From positions 256,001 through 320,000 of the forward strand of contig CAVRUC010000007.1 in the NCBI GenBank assembly GCA_963724295.1: a stretch of DNA of 64,000 nt, in the 5' to 3' direction. The DNA is from an uncultured Chloroflexia bacterium. GTDB lineage: Bacteria > Chloroflexota > Chloroflexia > Thermomicrobiales > UBA6265. The notes beneath the pieces are model-generated. The model was given only the letters and a program-made list of their open reading frames with translations, was not told where the DNA came from and searched no databases. This document shows, piece after piece, positions 48,421 to 59,336 of the stretch. Position numbers and translations under genes: made by a program. The number at the start of each line of letters is the position of its first letter. The stretch's first letter is position 1.

Positions 48421-49485
48421 GTGTTCGAATTGGTGAAAGAGCTTAGCGAGTTGCCGGGTCCCACCGGGCATGAGGACGCGGTCCAGGATTGGGTCGAGCG
48501 CCGCTGGAGCGAGTTCGCGCAAGACGTACGGCGCACCCGGGTCAACAACATCCTCGCTCGCGTCGGCGGCATAGGGCGCCGTCTGGTGCTGGTTGCTCAC
48601 GCCGACGAGATCTGTCTCATGGTGAAGAGTGTTTCCGATGAGGGCTTTTTGCACCTCTGGCCGTATTACAGCGATCAGCTGGGAAGGCCGCCGCGCTGGT
48701 TCACGCCACTCAATCAACCGGCGCTCGTGCTCTCTTCGGCCGGCGCCGTGCCGGGTGTGTTCGCGACGGCGAGTGGTCACGTTGTCGGTGGGCGGAATAG
48801 TCAGAAGGACCAGTTCGAATGGAATGACTGGTTTGTCGACATCGGCGCCCGATCGTGTGCTGAGGTGGAGGATCTTGGAATTGGACCGGGCGCTCGGGTG
48901 ATCTGGAACCCCGAGACACGCCGGATCGGAAACAACATCACCGGCAAGGCGATGGATGACCGGGCCGCGCTGGCGATCGCGACCGCCGCCGGTGAAAAGC
49001 TAGCGACGAACGCGGAGCTTCCGTTCGAATTGTGGCTGGCGTCGACGGTCCAGGAAGAAAATGGGTTGCTCGGCGCGGCAAGCCTGGTCGACGAAATGTC
49101 GTTCGATTACGCGATCGCTCTCGACGTCGGCTTGACCGGCGATATTCCGGGACCGGACAAACGGGATTTTCCGTCCCGACTTGGAGCCGGACCGGTCGTC
49201 GTCTACCAGGACGCCCGCTGCCACTACTCCCGCCGCTTGAGCGACCGGCTCATCGATGTCGCGAAGTCGCAGGACATTCCTGTTCAGCGCGCGATCTTTC
49301 AGAACTACGGGAGCGACGGCGCCGAGCTCCTGCGGCGGGGCGTCGAAACAGCGTTGCTCACGTATCCAACCCGCTATACCCACTCGCCGATCGAAACTGT
49401 TGACGAGGCGGACCTGACACATATGGTGGATCTGCTCGTTGCGCTTGCGCTCTGTGGTGAGCAGCGACTGGAGAATAGCTTATGA
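48421..49485 (+). CDS. M42 family metallopeptidase
   Basis: AHADEI, KAMDDR, TVQEE.GL.GA, ALDV, TRYTHS. Confidence 0.9.
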   Translation: MFELVKELSELPGPTGHEDAVQDWVERRWSEFAQDVRRTRVNNILARVGGIGRRLVLVAHADEICLMVKSVSDEGFLHLWPYYSDQLGRPPRWFTPLNQPALVLSSAGAVPGVFATASGHVVGGRNSQKDQFEWNDWFVDIGARSCAEVEDLGIGPGARVIWNPETRRIGNNITGKAMDDRAALAIATAAGEKLATNAELPFELWLASTVQEENGLLGAASLVDEMSFDYAIALDVGLTGDIPGPDKRDFPSRLGAGPVVVYQDARCHYSRRLSDRLIDVAKSQDIPVQRAIFQNYGSDGAELLRRGVETALLTYPTRYTHSPIETVDEADLTHMVDLLVALALCGEQRLENSL

Positions 49486-49703
49486 CAAGTGACGGCGGTT
49501 CCGGCACGTCTACAACGTCCGACGAAATGGCCGAAGTTCTCGGTCGGGTACAGCAAGTGGATCCGAACGCCGACGAATTAGCGGTACGCGGCTATGTGCG
49601 GGAGATGTCCGAGGCGAGCGCTCACCTCGATGCCGTCGATCTGAGTGATGTACCGCTGCAGATCGCCTTTTCAGCCTGGTGGCCGGAAGGATCCGGGTCA
49701 TGA
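49482..49703 (+). CDS. Small acidic protein, possible GatC/AtzG-like amidase partner
   Basis: 73 aa, translationally coupled to both neighbours; LDAVDLSDVP GatC-like segment. Confidence 0.55.
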   Translation: MTSDGGSGTSTTSDEMAEVLGRVQQVDPNADELAVRGYVREMSEASAHLDAVDLSDVPLQIAFSAWWPEGSGS

Positions 49704-51136
49704 GCGTCTCGGATACGTCCCTGCTGGATCTTGGCATCCGGGCCATCGGCGACGGGTATCGGCGGCGGAAGTGGTCGCCGATCGCCATCGCCCAAGCGGC
49801 GCTCGAGCGGATCGAATCATCCGAACCCGCACTTCACGCCTGGGTGCTCGTCGACCCCGAGCAGGCGCTGGGAGCCGCCGCCCAAGCCGAGCAGGAACTC
49901 ATGAGCGGAATGGATCGCGGTCCGCTGCACGGAATCCCGATCGGCATCAAGGATATTTTCGACGTCGCCGGTTGGCCCACCCGATGTGGCTCCGCTGCTC
50001 GAGAGGACGTCGCCCCGGCGGCGGCGAACGCCTGGTCAGTGCAGACGTTGATCGACGGCGGCGCCGTGATCCTGGGTAAGACGACCACCCAGGAGTTCGC
50101 GGCCGGCACCATCAGCCCGCCGGCGCGCAATCCGTGGAACCCAGGTCGTATTCCCGGCGGCAGCTCGGGGGGATCAGCGGCGGCGGTCGCGGTTGGCGCC
50201 TGCCTGGGAGCCATGGGCTCGGACACTGGTGGCAGCATTCGCATTCCGGCGGCGGCCTGCGGCGTGACCGGTTTCAAACCCGCGTTTGGCCAGCTCGACA
50301 GTGCCGGGGTATTTCCGCTGTCGTGGTCCCTCGATACCATCGGGCCGATTGCGCGGACCGTCGATGACACCTGGCTCATGTGGAACGCATTGTCGAACGT
50401 CGACTCCGCCGCCGCTCCTGAGCCGGGATTCAATCTTGACGGCCGATCGCACCGTGTTGGTGTCCCGCGGTCGTTCTTTTATGACGCGCTGCACCCGGAC
50501 GTGCACGCGACCGTCGACGCGGCGATCGAGCGCATGCGCGACATAGGAGTGACGATTGTCGATACGCCGTGGCCGGATGCGGCAGCGGCGCGAGCGTGCG
50601 GGTTTATCATCAACCGGGTTGAGACTGCCGCGGTACACGAGCGAGTCGCGGTCGATGATCCGTCGCGCTTCTCGCGATACGGCAAGGATTTGAGGCTCCG
50701 GGTCGCGGCCGGCCGTACGGTCTCCGCCGCGCTCTACCTGAAGGCGACACGCGCTCGCGCGGTTCTCCGCGACTCGATGGCTCGCCTCTTTGCGCAGCAC
50801 GCGATCGATGCCATGCTGACGCCGACATTGCCAACGGCGGCGATCGACGCAGATCGTCTTGTCATCGAAGGCACGGGACTCGACGAATCGGTCGGCGTTG
50901 CCTGGACCCGATTGACCATGGCGTTCAACGCGACTGGGCAACCGGTGCTGGCTATTCCCTGCGGACTCGACAGCGAAGGCTTGCCGGTGGGAATTCAGAT
51001 CGCGGGAATCCCGGGGCAAGAGACGGCATTGTTCGAGACTGCCTCGTTGGTCGAACGCGCGTTGGACTTTCACCGGTCGCACACGCCCCTGGAGAAGGCC
51101 GAGGCAGGCTACCCAAGCGAAAAGGCGGTTCGATGA
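49700..51136 (+). CDS. Amidase signature family enzyme
   Basis: GPLHGIPIGIKD, PGGSSGGS, GSDTGGSIR (Lys-cisSer-Ser triad). Confidence 0.93.
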   Translation: MSVSDTSLLDLGIRAIGDGYRRRKWSPIAIAQAALERIESSEPALHAWVLVDPEQALGAAAQAEQELMSGMDRGPLHGIPIGIKDIFDVAGWPTRCGSAAREDVAPAAANAWSVQTLIDGGAVILGKTTTQEFAAGTISPPARNPWNPGRIPGGSSGGSAAAVAVGACLGAMGSDTGGSIRIPAAACGVTGFKPAFGQLDSAGVFPLSWSLDTIGPIARTVDDTWLMWNALSNVDSAAAPEPGFNLDGRSHRVGVPRSFFYDALHPDVHATVDAAIERMRDIGVTIVDTPWPDAAAARACGFIINRVETAAVHERVAVDDPSRFSRYGKDLRLRVAAGRTVSAALYLKATRARAVLRDSMARLFAQHAIDAMLTPTLPTAAIDADRLVIEGTGLDESVGVAWTRLTMAFNATGQPVLAIPCGLDSEGLPVGIQIAGIPGQETALFETASLVERALDFHRSHTPLEKAEAGYPSEKAVR

Positions 51137-51360
51137 TGTCGACTCCAGACGGTATCGCCGCCCGCGGCGGCCAGGCCCGTACCAATCTCGTCGTTGCCCT
51201 TCGCGAGTGTTGCGATCTGGCCGACGCCGTCGAATCGCTCGAAGGGCCAGAGCTCCTCGAAGTCCTGGTCTACCTGGACAGCCTGCGCTTCGTCATGGCG
51301 GAGTCCGGCCAGTTGCTGCAGGGGGTCGTGAGGGGTTTCGGGAACGACGAGCCGGTTTGA
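51133..51360 (+). CDS. Hypothetical helical protein
   Basis: Start overlaps the amidase stop; coding-like composition. Confidence 0.55.
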   Translation: MMSTPDGIAARGGQARTNLVVALRECCDLADAVESLEGPELLEVLVYLDSLRFVMAESGQLLQGVVRGFGNDEPV

Positions 51361-51391
51361 TCTCTAGGGATATGTAGTGCATGGCCTGCCG

Positions 51392-52267
51392 CTACGCGTG
51401 GCGGCTGTCGTTGGCCTGGCTGGCGTCATGTCCGAGCAGATCCAGCCAGAGCAAGCGGGCGGCCCAGCCCCGGTACGGTTTCCACCGTTCTGCCACCCGA
51501 TCGAGATCGTTGAGATTCGAGATCTCCGGATAATGCACACGCGCGGCGCGCAGGAGTGCCACATCCCGGGTGGGATGCGCGTCGGGGACCGCGACTCCCC
51601 ACAGGAGCGCCGATTGCATGGTCCATGGTCCAATTCCGGAGATGGCAGCCAACCGTTCCATGTCCACGACTGGATCGCCGTTGGAGGCCGAAGATCTCGA
51701 TTCAGCGAAGAGCGCGCCAACCGCAACAAGAGCCTCGGCTCGCTTCGTGGTCACGCCCGACTCCCGGACGAACGCCGCGCTGCTGGATGCCAGCTGCTCG
51801 GGCAGCGGCGGCGGCCAGAACCGGCGGCCGTCGAGATCTATGCCCTCATTGAAGCGCTCGCACAGCCGCCTCTCGGTCGTAGCGGCCGCTGCCACACTGA
51901 TGCTCTGACCGACAATCGACGACACCACACCCTCGAACAGCGACCCCGCTGACCATGGCCGCAACCCGGCGTGCGCGTTAGCCAACGCCGCCAGCACGGG
52001 GTCGTCGAAGCGCGGCATCGCGGCGTTTGTCCCCAGCACGGCCGTTGCCCATCGAGCGTCGAGGTCATTGTGACGAGAGCCGGCGATTTCCAGCGTCCGG
52101 GCATCGAGCTGCCGTACTGATCGCCAGGCGATCTCTCCCGCATCCCAGCCGACCCAGACGAACGCGCCGTTTCGCCAGTCGACGTTTGGCCACCGTCCTC
52201 TCGCCCACCATGCCGGCGCGGTAGTCCGGGCCAGGTCGAACGGCGGCGGCACGGCAAGGTGGCTCAT
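51392..52267 (-). CDS. AlkA-like DNA-3-methyladenine glycosylase (HhH-GPD)
   Basis: IVGQSISV.AA, AISGIGPWT, PTRD, AERWKPYRG.A. Confidence 0.85.
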   Translation of the reverse strand: MSHLAVPPPFDLARTTAPAWWARGRWPNVDWRNGAFVWVGWDAGEIAWRSVRQLDARTLEIAGSRHNDLDARWATAVLGTNAAMPRFDDPVLAALANAHAGLRPWSAGSLFEGVVSSIVGQSISVAAAATTERRLCERFNEGIDLDGRRFWPPPLPEQLASSSAAFVRESGVTTKRAEALVAVGALFAESRSSASNGDPVVDMERLAAISGIGPWTMQSALLWGVAVPDAHPTRDVALLRAARVHYPEISNLNDLDRVAERWKPYRGWAARLLWLDLLGHDASQANDSRHA

Positions 52268-52317
52268 AGCCTGGCAATCGTAGCGCCGCGGCTCGGAACA
52301 CGGTATCCTATTTCTTG

Positions 52318-53354
52318 ATGAAGAACTCAGAATTGTCGGTCAGGGTGCCTGACCGTTCAGTTTTTTCGGAACCGAGCCCGCCCATGATGAAACCCGCAGC
52401 GACCGCACCAACCGCGAAACTCGCCGCACTGGACGACGCTGCGGTGGTTCGATCGATCGGCAACACGCCGCTCGTTCGGCTGCACCGCTTCGAGCGGCAC
52501 CTGGGTTTGCCTGATTCGATCGAGATTCACCTCAAGACCGAATGGGTGAATCCCGGCGGGTCAATCAAGGATCGCACTGCGCTTTCGATCATCCAGTCCG
52601 CGCTGGCAGCTGGCGACCTCGGTTCGGGCCGGACACTGGTTGATGCCACGTCCGGAAACACCGGCATCGCTTACGCCATGCTTGGCGCCGCGCTGGAGAT
52701 CCCGGTGACGCTGGTTGTGCCGGAGAGTGCCTCGGACGAGCGGAAGAGAACGCTTGCCGCTTACGGCGCGACCGTAGTCTACAGCGACCCGTACGAAGGG
52801 TCGGATGGCGCGATCCGGCTGGTGCGCGAATTGGTGGCAAACGGCTCAGGCCAATTCTTCTATGCAGACCAGTACAACAACCCGGCCAACACGGCCGCCC
52901 ACTTTGCGTCGACCGGGCCGGAGATCTGGGCGCAGACGAGCAGGCAGACTGACCCATTTCGTGGCGGCTCTGGGGACCACGGGCACCCTGATGGGAGCCG
53001 GCCAATATCTGCGCAGCGCTCGCTCCCGTACAGCTGATCGGCGTTCAACCGGCGGAAGCCTTTCACGGCATCGAAGGGCTCAAGCACTTGCCGACCGCGA
53101 TTGTGCCCGGGATCTTCGATCCATCGGTGCCCGACCGGATCGAAGGAATCGACACCGACGAGGCATTCGATGCCGCGCGAGCGCTCGCTCGCGTCGAGGG
53201 GTATTTCGCCGGCAGCTCGACAGGCGCCAACCTGGCCGCGGCGGCGCGGCTTGGCTCCGAGCTAGCATCCGAAGGTCGATCCGCCCGCATCGTCGTTATC
53301 GGCTGCGACGGCGGATCGCGCTACCTAACGACCGGGCTCTGGGATCTCCATTAG
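52318..53354 (+). CDS. cysM: PLP-dependent cysteine synthase (CysM-like); two apparent frameshifts near 52939 and 53025
   Basis: IGNTPLV, NPGGSIKDR, ATSGNTG, DQYNN; then LGTTGTLMG; then HGIEGLK...DGGSRYL. Confidence 0.85.
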
Positions 53355-53379
53355 CGTTCGCTTGAGTGGGAGTCATATC

Positions 53380-53676
53380 GTGCAGAACGACGCGGGAATC
53401 ACCGTGCTCATCCCGACACCGTTGCGTCGATTCACTGGCGGAGAGTCCAAGGTGAACGTGGCCGGATCCAGCGTCGGGGAGGTCCTGGACGCGCTCGACG
53501 CCGCCCATCCTGGTATTGGCGAGCGACTGCGGGACGAATCCGGGCAGCTGCGACGGTTCGTGAATGTCTTTGTCAACGGTCGGAACGTCCGCGACGGCGA
53601 AGGCGTCAATACCCGCCTCTCGGCCGGCGACGAAGTCGGCATCATTCCGGCGATGGCCGGTGGCGCCAGCGATTGA
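53380..53676 (+). CDS. MoaD/ThiS-type sulfur carrier (CysO-like) with a C-terminal extension (start uncertain)
   Basis: IPTPLRRFTGG, LRRFVNVFVN, IIPAMAGG-ASD. Confidence 0.88.
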   Translation: MQNDAGITVLIPTPLRRFTGGESKVNVAGSSVGEVLDALDAAHPGIGERLRDESGQLRRFVNVFVNGRNVRDGEGVNTRLSAGDEVGIIPAMAGGASD

Positions 53677-54107
53677 GCGCTGGCGGATCTCCGACGTCGG
53701 CTGCGGAGCGATTTCAGCTTCCAACCGACATGCGCGCGGCGATCATCGATCACGCGATGCGGGAGGCTCCGCGGGAGTGCTGCGGAATCATCGCCGGTCG
53801 TGATGGCGTGCCGGTGCGGCTTTACGAGACCAGCAATGTTGCCGCCGGTAACCGGCTCTATGAGATCGACCCGGCACAGTTGATCGACCTCGAGTTCCGC
53901 GAGCTGCCGGCACAAGAGTTAGAGCTCGTGGCCATCTATCACTCGCACCCGGATTCGCCCGCGTATCCATCAGCTACTGACGTCGAGCTGGCCTTCTGGC
54001 CGGATGCGGTATTCCTGATCTGTTCGCTCGCCGATCGGGATCGGCCCGAGATTCACGGTTTCCGCATTCGCGACGGCGCGATTGAAGAGGTCACACTTTC
54101 CTCGTAG
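53673..54107 (+). CDS. JAB/JAMM (M67) metallopeptidase, Mec-like
   Basis: PRECCG, YHSHP...PS..D. Confidence 0.9.
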   Translation: MSAGGSPTSAAERFQLPTDMRAAIIDHAMREAPRECCGIIAGRDGVPVRLYETSNVAAGNRLYEIDPAQLIDLEFRELPAQELELVAIYHSHPDSPAYPSATDVELAFWPDAVFLICSLADRDRPEIHGFRIRDGAIEEVTLSS

Positions 54108-54162
54108 AGTTCCCGATGCCGATTCCATTCCCGCGTTTCTCTCACGCCGTACACTTGCCACT

Positions 54163-56004
54163 ATGAGCCCAGCCACACGGCCTGACTTTTCGCGAAGACT
54201 TCGAGCGCTGGCCGCTGCCCCCGGCGTCTATTTGATGCGCGACGGGCACGGCAACGTGATCTACGTCGGCAAGGCGATGCGCCTGCGCGATCGAGTGCGC
54301 TCCTACTTCCAGTCGACACGACATGGAGACGCCAAGACCCGCGAGCTGGTGCGGCATATCGCCGATTTCGACGTCATCCGCACCGACACCGCCACCGAAG
54401 CGTTGATCCTCGAAAATGAGCTGATCAAGCGCTATCAACCCAGGTACAACGTCATGCTGAAGGACAGCAAGACGTATCCGTACCTCAAGATCACCAACGA
54501 GGAGTGGCCCCGCATCATCTCCACTCGCCGCATCGTCGACGACGGTGGCCGCTATTTCGGTCCGTACACGTCCGCGGGTTCGGCCTACCGCACCCTCAAC
54601 TTGCTCAACCGGCTCTTTCCGTATCGAAAGTGCGACAAGCGCATTACGGGTAATGAAGAGGTCTGTCTCTACTACCACTTGCATCAGTGCACCGCGCCCT
54701 GCATCGCGCTGGTCGATCGCGCGACGTATATGCAGGCCGTCGATGGCGCGGCCATGTTTCTCAACGGCCAAGCGGACGAGATCTTGCGATCACTCGAGGA
54801 GGAGATGGCGCAAGCCGCGGACGCGTGGAATTTCGAACGAGCGGGTGAGCTCCGCGATCGGATCACGGCGATCAACCATGTGCTCGAGCGGCAGAAGATC
54901 GTCGGATCCGATCATCAGAACGCGGATGTCGTGGCCGTCGCCAAGGGTGAGGGCGGAGATGCCGGCGTGCAGGTTGGATTCCTGCGCGGCGGACGAATGC
55001 TGGGCTCAGAGTTTTTCCCAATGCAGGCGCGCCTGGAAGACGCCCCCAGCGAGATCCTTTCCAGTTTTGTCAGCCAGTTCTACGCGGACGCCGCGGTGGT
55101 CCCGGCGTCGCTCATGCTCGGGCACGAGCTTCCCACCGGGGAAGCCGAGTTGCTCGCGAGCTGGCTCGCGGAGCGGCGTGGGGGCGCAGTCTCGATCACG
55201 GTGCCGAAGCGCGGTCGCAAACGCGAGCTGGTGGCGATGGTGGCAAAGAGCGCCGAAGAAAATCTGGAACAGAGCCGCTTGAAGTTTCTCTCTGACGAGC
55301 AGCGGATGACGGCCGCTATGACGGAGTTGGCCGCCGCTCTCGATCTGCCCCGGCTTCCCCGCCGCATTGAGTGCTTTGACATCTCGAACCTGCATGGCAC
55401 CAACCCGGTGGCAAGCATGATCGTGTTCCAGGACGGGCGCCCAGCGAAGAAGGAGTACCGTCGCTTTTCGATCAAGACCGTGGAAGGCAGTAACGACTTC
55501 GCGATGATGCGCGAGGTCATCTCGCGCAGGTTCCGGCGTGCAGCCGAAGCTGACGAGAGTCCGGACGGGAAATGGAGCGTGGTGCCGGATCTGGTCATCG
55601 TCGACGGTGGGAAGGGACAACTCAGCGCGTCGGTCGCGGGGCTGCAGGACGCCGGCTGGACCGAGCAACCGATCGTGGCGCTGGCGAAGGAAAATGAGGA
55701 GCTGTTCGTCCCCGGTAACCCCGCCTCGATCATCTTGCCCAGAGACTCGCAGGCGCTGTTTCTGGTGCAGCGGGTGCGCGACGAAGCGCATCGGTTCGCC
55801 GTCTCATTTCACCGGCAGAAACGGAGCAAGACCACGTTCCAATCGCGGCTGGACGAGATACCGGGCGTCGGTCCGAAGCGCAAGCAAGCGCTGCTTCGCC
55901 ATTTTGGATCGCTCAAGGGTATTCAGGAGGCGCCCACAGAGGAATTGCTTGCCGTACCAGGCATCAGCCGCAGCGTCGCGGAGCAGATCAAGGCCGCGCT
56001 GTGA
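54163..56004 (+). CDS. uvrC: Excinuclease ABC subunit C
   Basis: PGVYLM, YVGKA..LR.RV.SYF, RIECFDIS, DGGKGQ, RDEAHRFA, HhH. Confidence 0.98.
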   Translation: MSPATRPDFSRRLRALAAAPGVYLMRDGHGNVIYVGKAMRLRDRVRSYFQSTRHGDAKTRELVRHIADFDVIRTDTATEALILENELIKRYQPRYNVMLKDSKTYPYLKITNEEWPRIISTRRIVDDGGRYFGPYTSAGSAYRTLNLLNRLFPYRKCDKRITGNEEVCLYYHLHQCTAPCIALVDRATYMQAVDGAAMFLNGQADEILRSLEEEMAQAADAWNFERAGELRDRITAINHVLERQKIVGSDHQNADVVAVAKGEGGDAGVQVGFLRGGRMLGSEFFPMQARLEDAPSEILSSFVSQFYADAAVVPASLMLGHELPTGEAELLASWLAERRGGAVSITVPKRGRKRELVAMVAKSAEENLEQSRLKFLSDEQRMTAAMTELAAALDLPRLPRRIECFDISNLHGTNPVASMIVFQDGRPAKKEYRRFSIKTVEGSNDFAMMREVISRRFRRAAEADESPDGKWSVVPDLVIVDGGKGQLSASVAGLQDAGWTEQPIVALAKENEELFVPGNPASIILPRDSQALFLVQRVRDEAHRFAVSFHRQKRSKTTFQSRLDEIPGVGPKRKQALLRHFGSLKGIQEAPTEELLAVPGISRSVAEQIKAAL

Positions 56005-56687
56005 GCTCGCCAGCGGTTCACATTGCGGCGGCAGCCGAGACTGGCTCTGGAGTCAACGCGGACGTGGTTCGTCGTGCTGCTCGCGCGCTGCGCGACGGAC
56101 AGGTCATCGCCATTCCGACCGATACCGTCTATGGACTGGCCGCGGCAATCGATCGGCCGGATGCGATCGAACGGCTCTACGCCATCAAGGGAAGGCCGGC
56201 CGAGAAGGCCATCCCCGTTTTGATCGCCGATCCAGCACACGTCAACAAGTTAACGCCTGGCCTCTCCGCAACAGCGGTACGGTTGGCACGAGACTTCTGG
56301 CCGGGAGCGCTGACGTTGGTCGTACCGGCGCTCCCGGGGTTGCCACCGCGTGTCACGACGCTCACCAGCGACGGGACCATGACCGTTGCGGTCAGAGTGC
56401 CGGACAACCTGGTGGCGCGCGCGATCATCGCGGCGGCCGGAGGCGCGCTGGCGGTAACCTCGGCCAACCGTTCCGGTGCGGCGCCCGCGGTCGAAGCGCG
56501 CGAAGTGCGGGAGTTGGGGCTGCCCGGATCCCTTCTCGTCATTGACGGTGGACGGACGCCAGGCGGCATGGCATCGACAATCGTCGCCGCCACGACCGAA
56601 AGCCCTGAGGTCCTGCGGGAAGGCGCGATCCCGATATCCGCTATTGACCGCGGCTCTGTCGGACAAGGACCTGATCGCCGAGGATAG
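56001..56687 (+). CDS. tsaC: Threonylcarbamoyl-AMP synthase (Sua5/YrdC); true end may be 56760 if there is an indel near 56648
   Basis: PTDTVYGL, KGRP..K, FWPGALT, TSANRSG. Confidence 0.92.
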   Translation: MSSPAVHIAAAAETGSGVNADVVRRAARALRDGQVIAIPTDTVYGLAAAIDRPDAIERLYAIKGRPAEKAIPVLIADPAHVNKLTPGLSATAVRLARDFWPGALTLVVPALPGLPPRVTTLTSDGTMTVAVRVPDNLVARAIIAAAGGALAVTSANRSGAAPAVEAREVRELGLPGSLLVIDGGRTPGGMASTIVAATTESPEVLREGAIPISAIDRGSVGQGPDRRG

Positions 56688-56756
56688 GGCCACGGCAGGG
56701 TATGATCAGGAGATGATGCGACAGCACGCTGGCTACGACTCGCCGGAAACGACGTC

Positions 56757-57767
56757 ATGAAACCGAGACTCAGTTTCGGTCGGCGGCAGGACACCGCTCA
56801 CGCTACCCAGCCAGAGGCAGCCGGAGGCGACGTCGAGGTGGAATTGCGCGACGACGCCGAGGACCATTCGCCGCTGGTCGAATCGACACGCCCCTCAAAC
56901 GAGGCTCCCATCCGCCCCGATCTCGGTCCACCCGCTCCAGGACCCCAATCTGCCCATCAGCCGGGGTCAGGTCTGGGTTTGGTCGTCAGCATCGCGATTT
57001 CCGCGATCGTCTTCGTCCTGGCCATCTATGCCACGGGAAGCCCCACCACGAATCCGCTGCCCCTGGCACAAACGACCAACGCCCTCTTCTGGACCGTCGC
57101 GGTCGTAGCCACGGTCGCCGCGGGAGTGGGCGCCCTGTTCGCCGACCGCAGCGCATCGAGGTCGGATGACAGCCCGCATGACGGGTCGCCGAGCGTCAAC
57201 ATGGTGTGGATCGTTCCGGTGGTCTCGACCGCGGCAGCTGTTCTGCTGGTCGCCACGTTCCACAATACGACCATGATCGTCGCCGGGCCGTTGATCGCGT
57301 TCCTCGGCAACGCCGGGTCCTTGCTATCCCGCGACCTGCTCGACGATGCGGACGACTCGGCGCAGAGGACCGCGATCACGATTCAGGCTCTGGTGATCCA
57401 TTCGGTCGCGTTTCTCGCCTTGAGCGCCATCTACCTGAACAAGCTGCCGACCCCGATCACGGCTTTACTGGCGGGCGGCATCAGCGCGCTTCTCGCGGTC
57501 GAGGCGTTCGACCGCTCACCGATTGACAGAGGCAGAAAGCTGATCCTGGCGATTCTTGCCGGAGCGGCCGTTGCGGCGGCGGTGGCGCCATTGATGTGGT
57601 GGCCGACTCATGGTTGGACCGGTGGGGCGGTCCTGTTCGTCGTCTTCTACTGCGCGGTGGGCACGATCCAGACGACGCTCGAGCGGGGAGAGCTCCGGCT
57701 CCGCGACGCCATCGAGTATGGTCTCGTCCCGTTCGGCGCCTTCTTGGTGCTGGCGATCACCGCATGA
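56757..57767 (+). CDS. Multi-pass membrane protein of unknown function
   Basis: About 9 hydrophobic segments after an acidic N-terminal tail. Confidence 0.75.
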   Translation: MKPRLSFGRRQDTAHATQPEAAGGDVEVELRDDAEDHSPLVESTRPSNEAPIRPDLGPPAPGPQSAHQPGSGLGLVVSIAISAIVFVLAIYATGSPTTNPLPLAQTTNALFWTVAVVATVAAGVGALFADRSASRSDDSPHDGSPSVNMVWIVPVVSTAAAVLLVATFHNTTMIVAGPLIAFLGNAGSLLSRDLLDDADDSAQRTAITIQALVIHSVAFLALSAIYLNKLPTPITALLAGGISALLAVEAFDRSPIDRGRKLILAILAGAAVAAAVAPLMWWPTHGWTGGAVLFVVFYCAVGTIQTTLERGELRLRDAIEYGLVPFGAFLVLAITA

Positions 57768-57949
57768 GCGACTCGCCGAAGGCAGGCGACGATTCCGCAG
57801 GAGACGGATCCTCCGTCCACCAATTGCTCTTGCGGCTCGATCTGGCAACTGAGGTTCTCGAGGGACTCGACGAGCTGGGGCTGAACACGAGGGCAGAGGT
57901 CGAGGAGCTCCTCACTCGACTCGAGCGCCAGATCGCCGACTCGGGCTGA
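57764..57949 (+). CDS. Small hypothetical protein
   Basis: ATGA coupling to the upstream gene; amphipathic acidic helix. Confidence 0.55.
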   Translation: MSDSPKAGDDSAGDGSSVHQLLLRLDLATEVLEGLDELGLNTRAEVEELLTRLERQIADSG

Positions 57950-57977
57950 ATGATACGTTTCTCACAACGAGGTCGCC

Positions 57978-59336
57978 GTGGACCTGTTTGAAGCCAATCG
58001 TCGCGCCACCCTCGGGCAAGCGGCGCCGCTTTCCGCGCGCATGCGGCCGCGCAACCTGGAGGAGGTTGTCGGTCACGAGGATGTCATCGGCGCGGGCACA
58101 TTGCTGCGGCAGGCAATCGAGCGGGACCAGCTCATCTCACTGGTGCTCTGGGGGCCCCCGGGTTCCGGCAAGACTACTATTGCCAGACTCATCGCCAACG
58201 AAACACGCGCCCATTTTGTCGCCATCAGCGCGGTCTCATCCGGAGTGGCCGAGCTTCGCTCGATCGTGCGCGAGGCGGCGGAGCGGCTTGGCATGCACAG
58301 CCAACGGACGATCCTGTTCATCGACGAGATTCATCGCTTCAACAAGGCCCAGCAAGACGCCATCCTGCCTCATGTCGAAGAGGGCACGGTCATACTGATC
58401 GGAGCGACCACCGAGAATCCGTCGTTCGAGGTCAACGCACCCCTTCTCTCCCGCTCCCGGGTCGTGGTTCTCGCAGCGCTGGACGACAGCGACATCGAGA
58501 CGATCGTCACCCGTGCGCTGAACGACGAGGAACGAGGGCTCGGCAGCCGGCGCCTGAACCTGTCGGAGGAGGCGCGATCGCTGCTGGTCAATCTGGCCAA
58601 CGGCGACGCCCGGTTCGCGTTGAACACGCTCGAATTCGCCGCCGCGGGGTTGGACGTCGAGGGTACGATCGACGCCGAGCGCGTGCTGCAGGCGGCGCAG
58701 CGGCGTGCGGCCGCATACGACAAATCGGGCGAAGCGCACTATGACGCCATTTCGGCGCTGCACAAGACGTTGCGTGGTTCCGATCCTGACGCCGCGCTCT
58801 ACTGGTTGGCGAGGATGCTGGAGCGAGGCGACGACCCGCTCTACGTGGTGCGTCGCCTCGTGCGATTTGCGACCGAGGACGTTGGCCTGGCCGACCCCCA
58901 GGCTCTTCCCCTGGCTATTGCCGCGCAACAGGCAGTCCACTTTCTGGGCATGCCCGAAGGTGCGCTAGCCCTGGCGGAATTGACGGTCTATCTGGCATTG
59001 GCGCCGAAGAGCAATGCCATCTATCGCGCCTATGGCGGCGCATCGGCCGATGTGGCGGCGACGCGCAACGATCCGGTACCGATCCACCTCCGCAACGCCC
59101 CGACACGGCTCATGAAGGAGCTGGGCTACGGGCGCGGCTATCGGTATGCCCACGACTTTGAGGATGGCATCGTGGCCCAGCAGAACCTCCCCGACAATCT
59201 GCGGGGGGCGACCTATTACGAGCCGACCGAGCGAGGATTCGAAGCTGAGCTGGGCCACCGGCTGCGACGCATTCGCGAGGTCTATGCGGCACCGCGTCCG
59301 GAGCCGGCGACCAAGACGGAGGGCAGGTCCGAGTGA
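57978..59336 (+). CDS. rarA: Replication-associated recombination protein A
   Basis: [52 protein letters not shown]. Confidence 0.97.
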   Translation: MDLFEANRRATLGQAAPLSARMRPRNLEEVVGHEDVIGAGTLLRQAIERDQLISLVLWGPPGSGKTTIARLIANETRAHFVAISAVSSGVAELRSIVREAAERLGMHSQRTILFIDEIHRFNKAQQDAILPHVEEGTVILIGATTENPSFEVNAPLLSRSRVVVLAALDDSDIETIVTRALNDEERGLGSRRLNLSEEARSLLVNLANGDARFALNTLEFAAAGLDVEGTIDAERVLQAAQRRAAAYDKSGEAHYDAISALHKTLRGSDPDAALYWLARMLERGDDPLYVVRRLVRFATEDVGLADPQALPLAIAAQQAVHFLGMPEGALALAELTVYLALAPKSNAIYRAYGGASADVAATRNDPVPIHLRNAPTRLMKELGYGRGYRYAHDFEDGIVAQQNLPDNLRGATYYEPTERGFEAELGHRLRRIREVYAAPRPEPATKTEGRSE

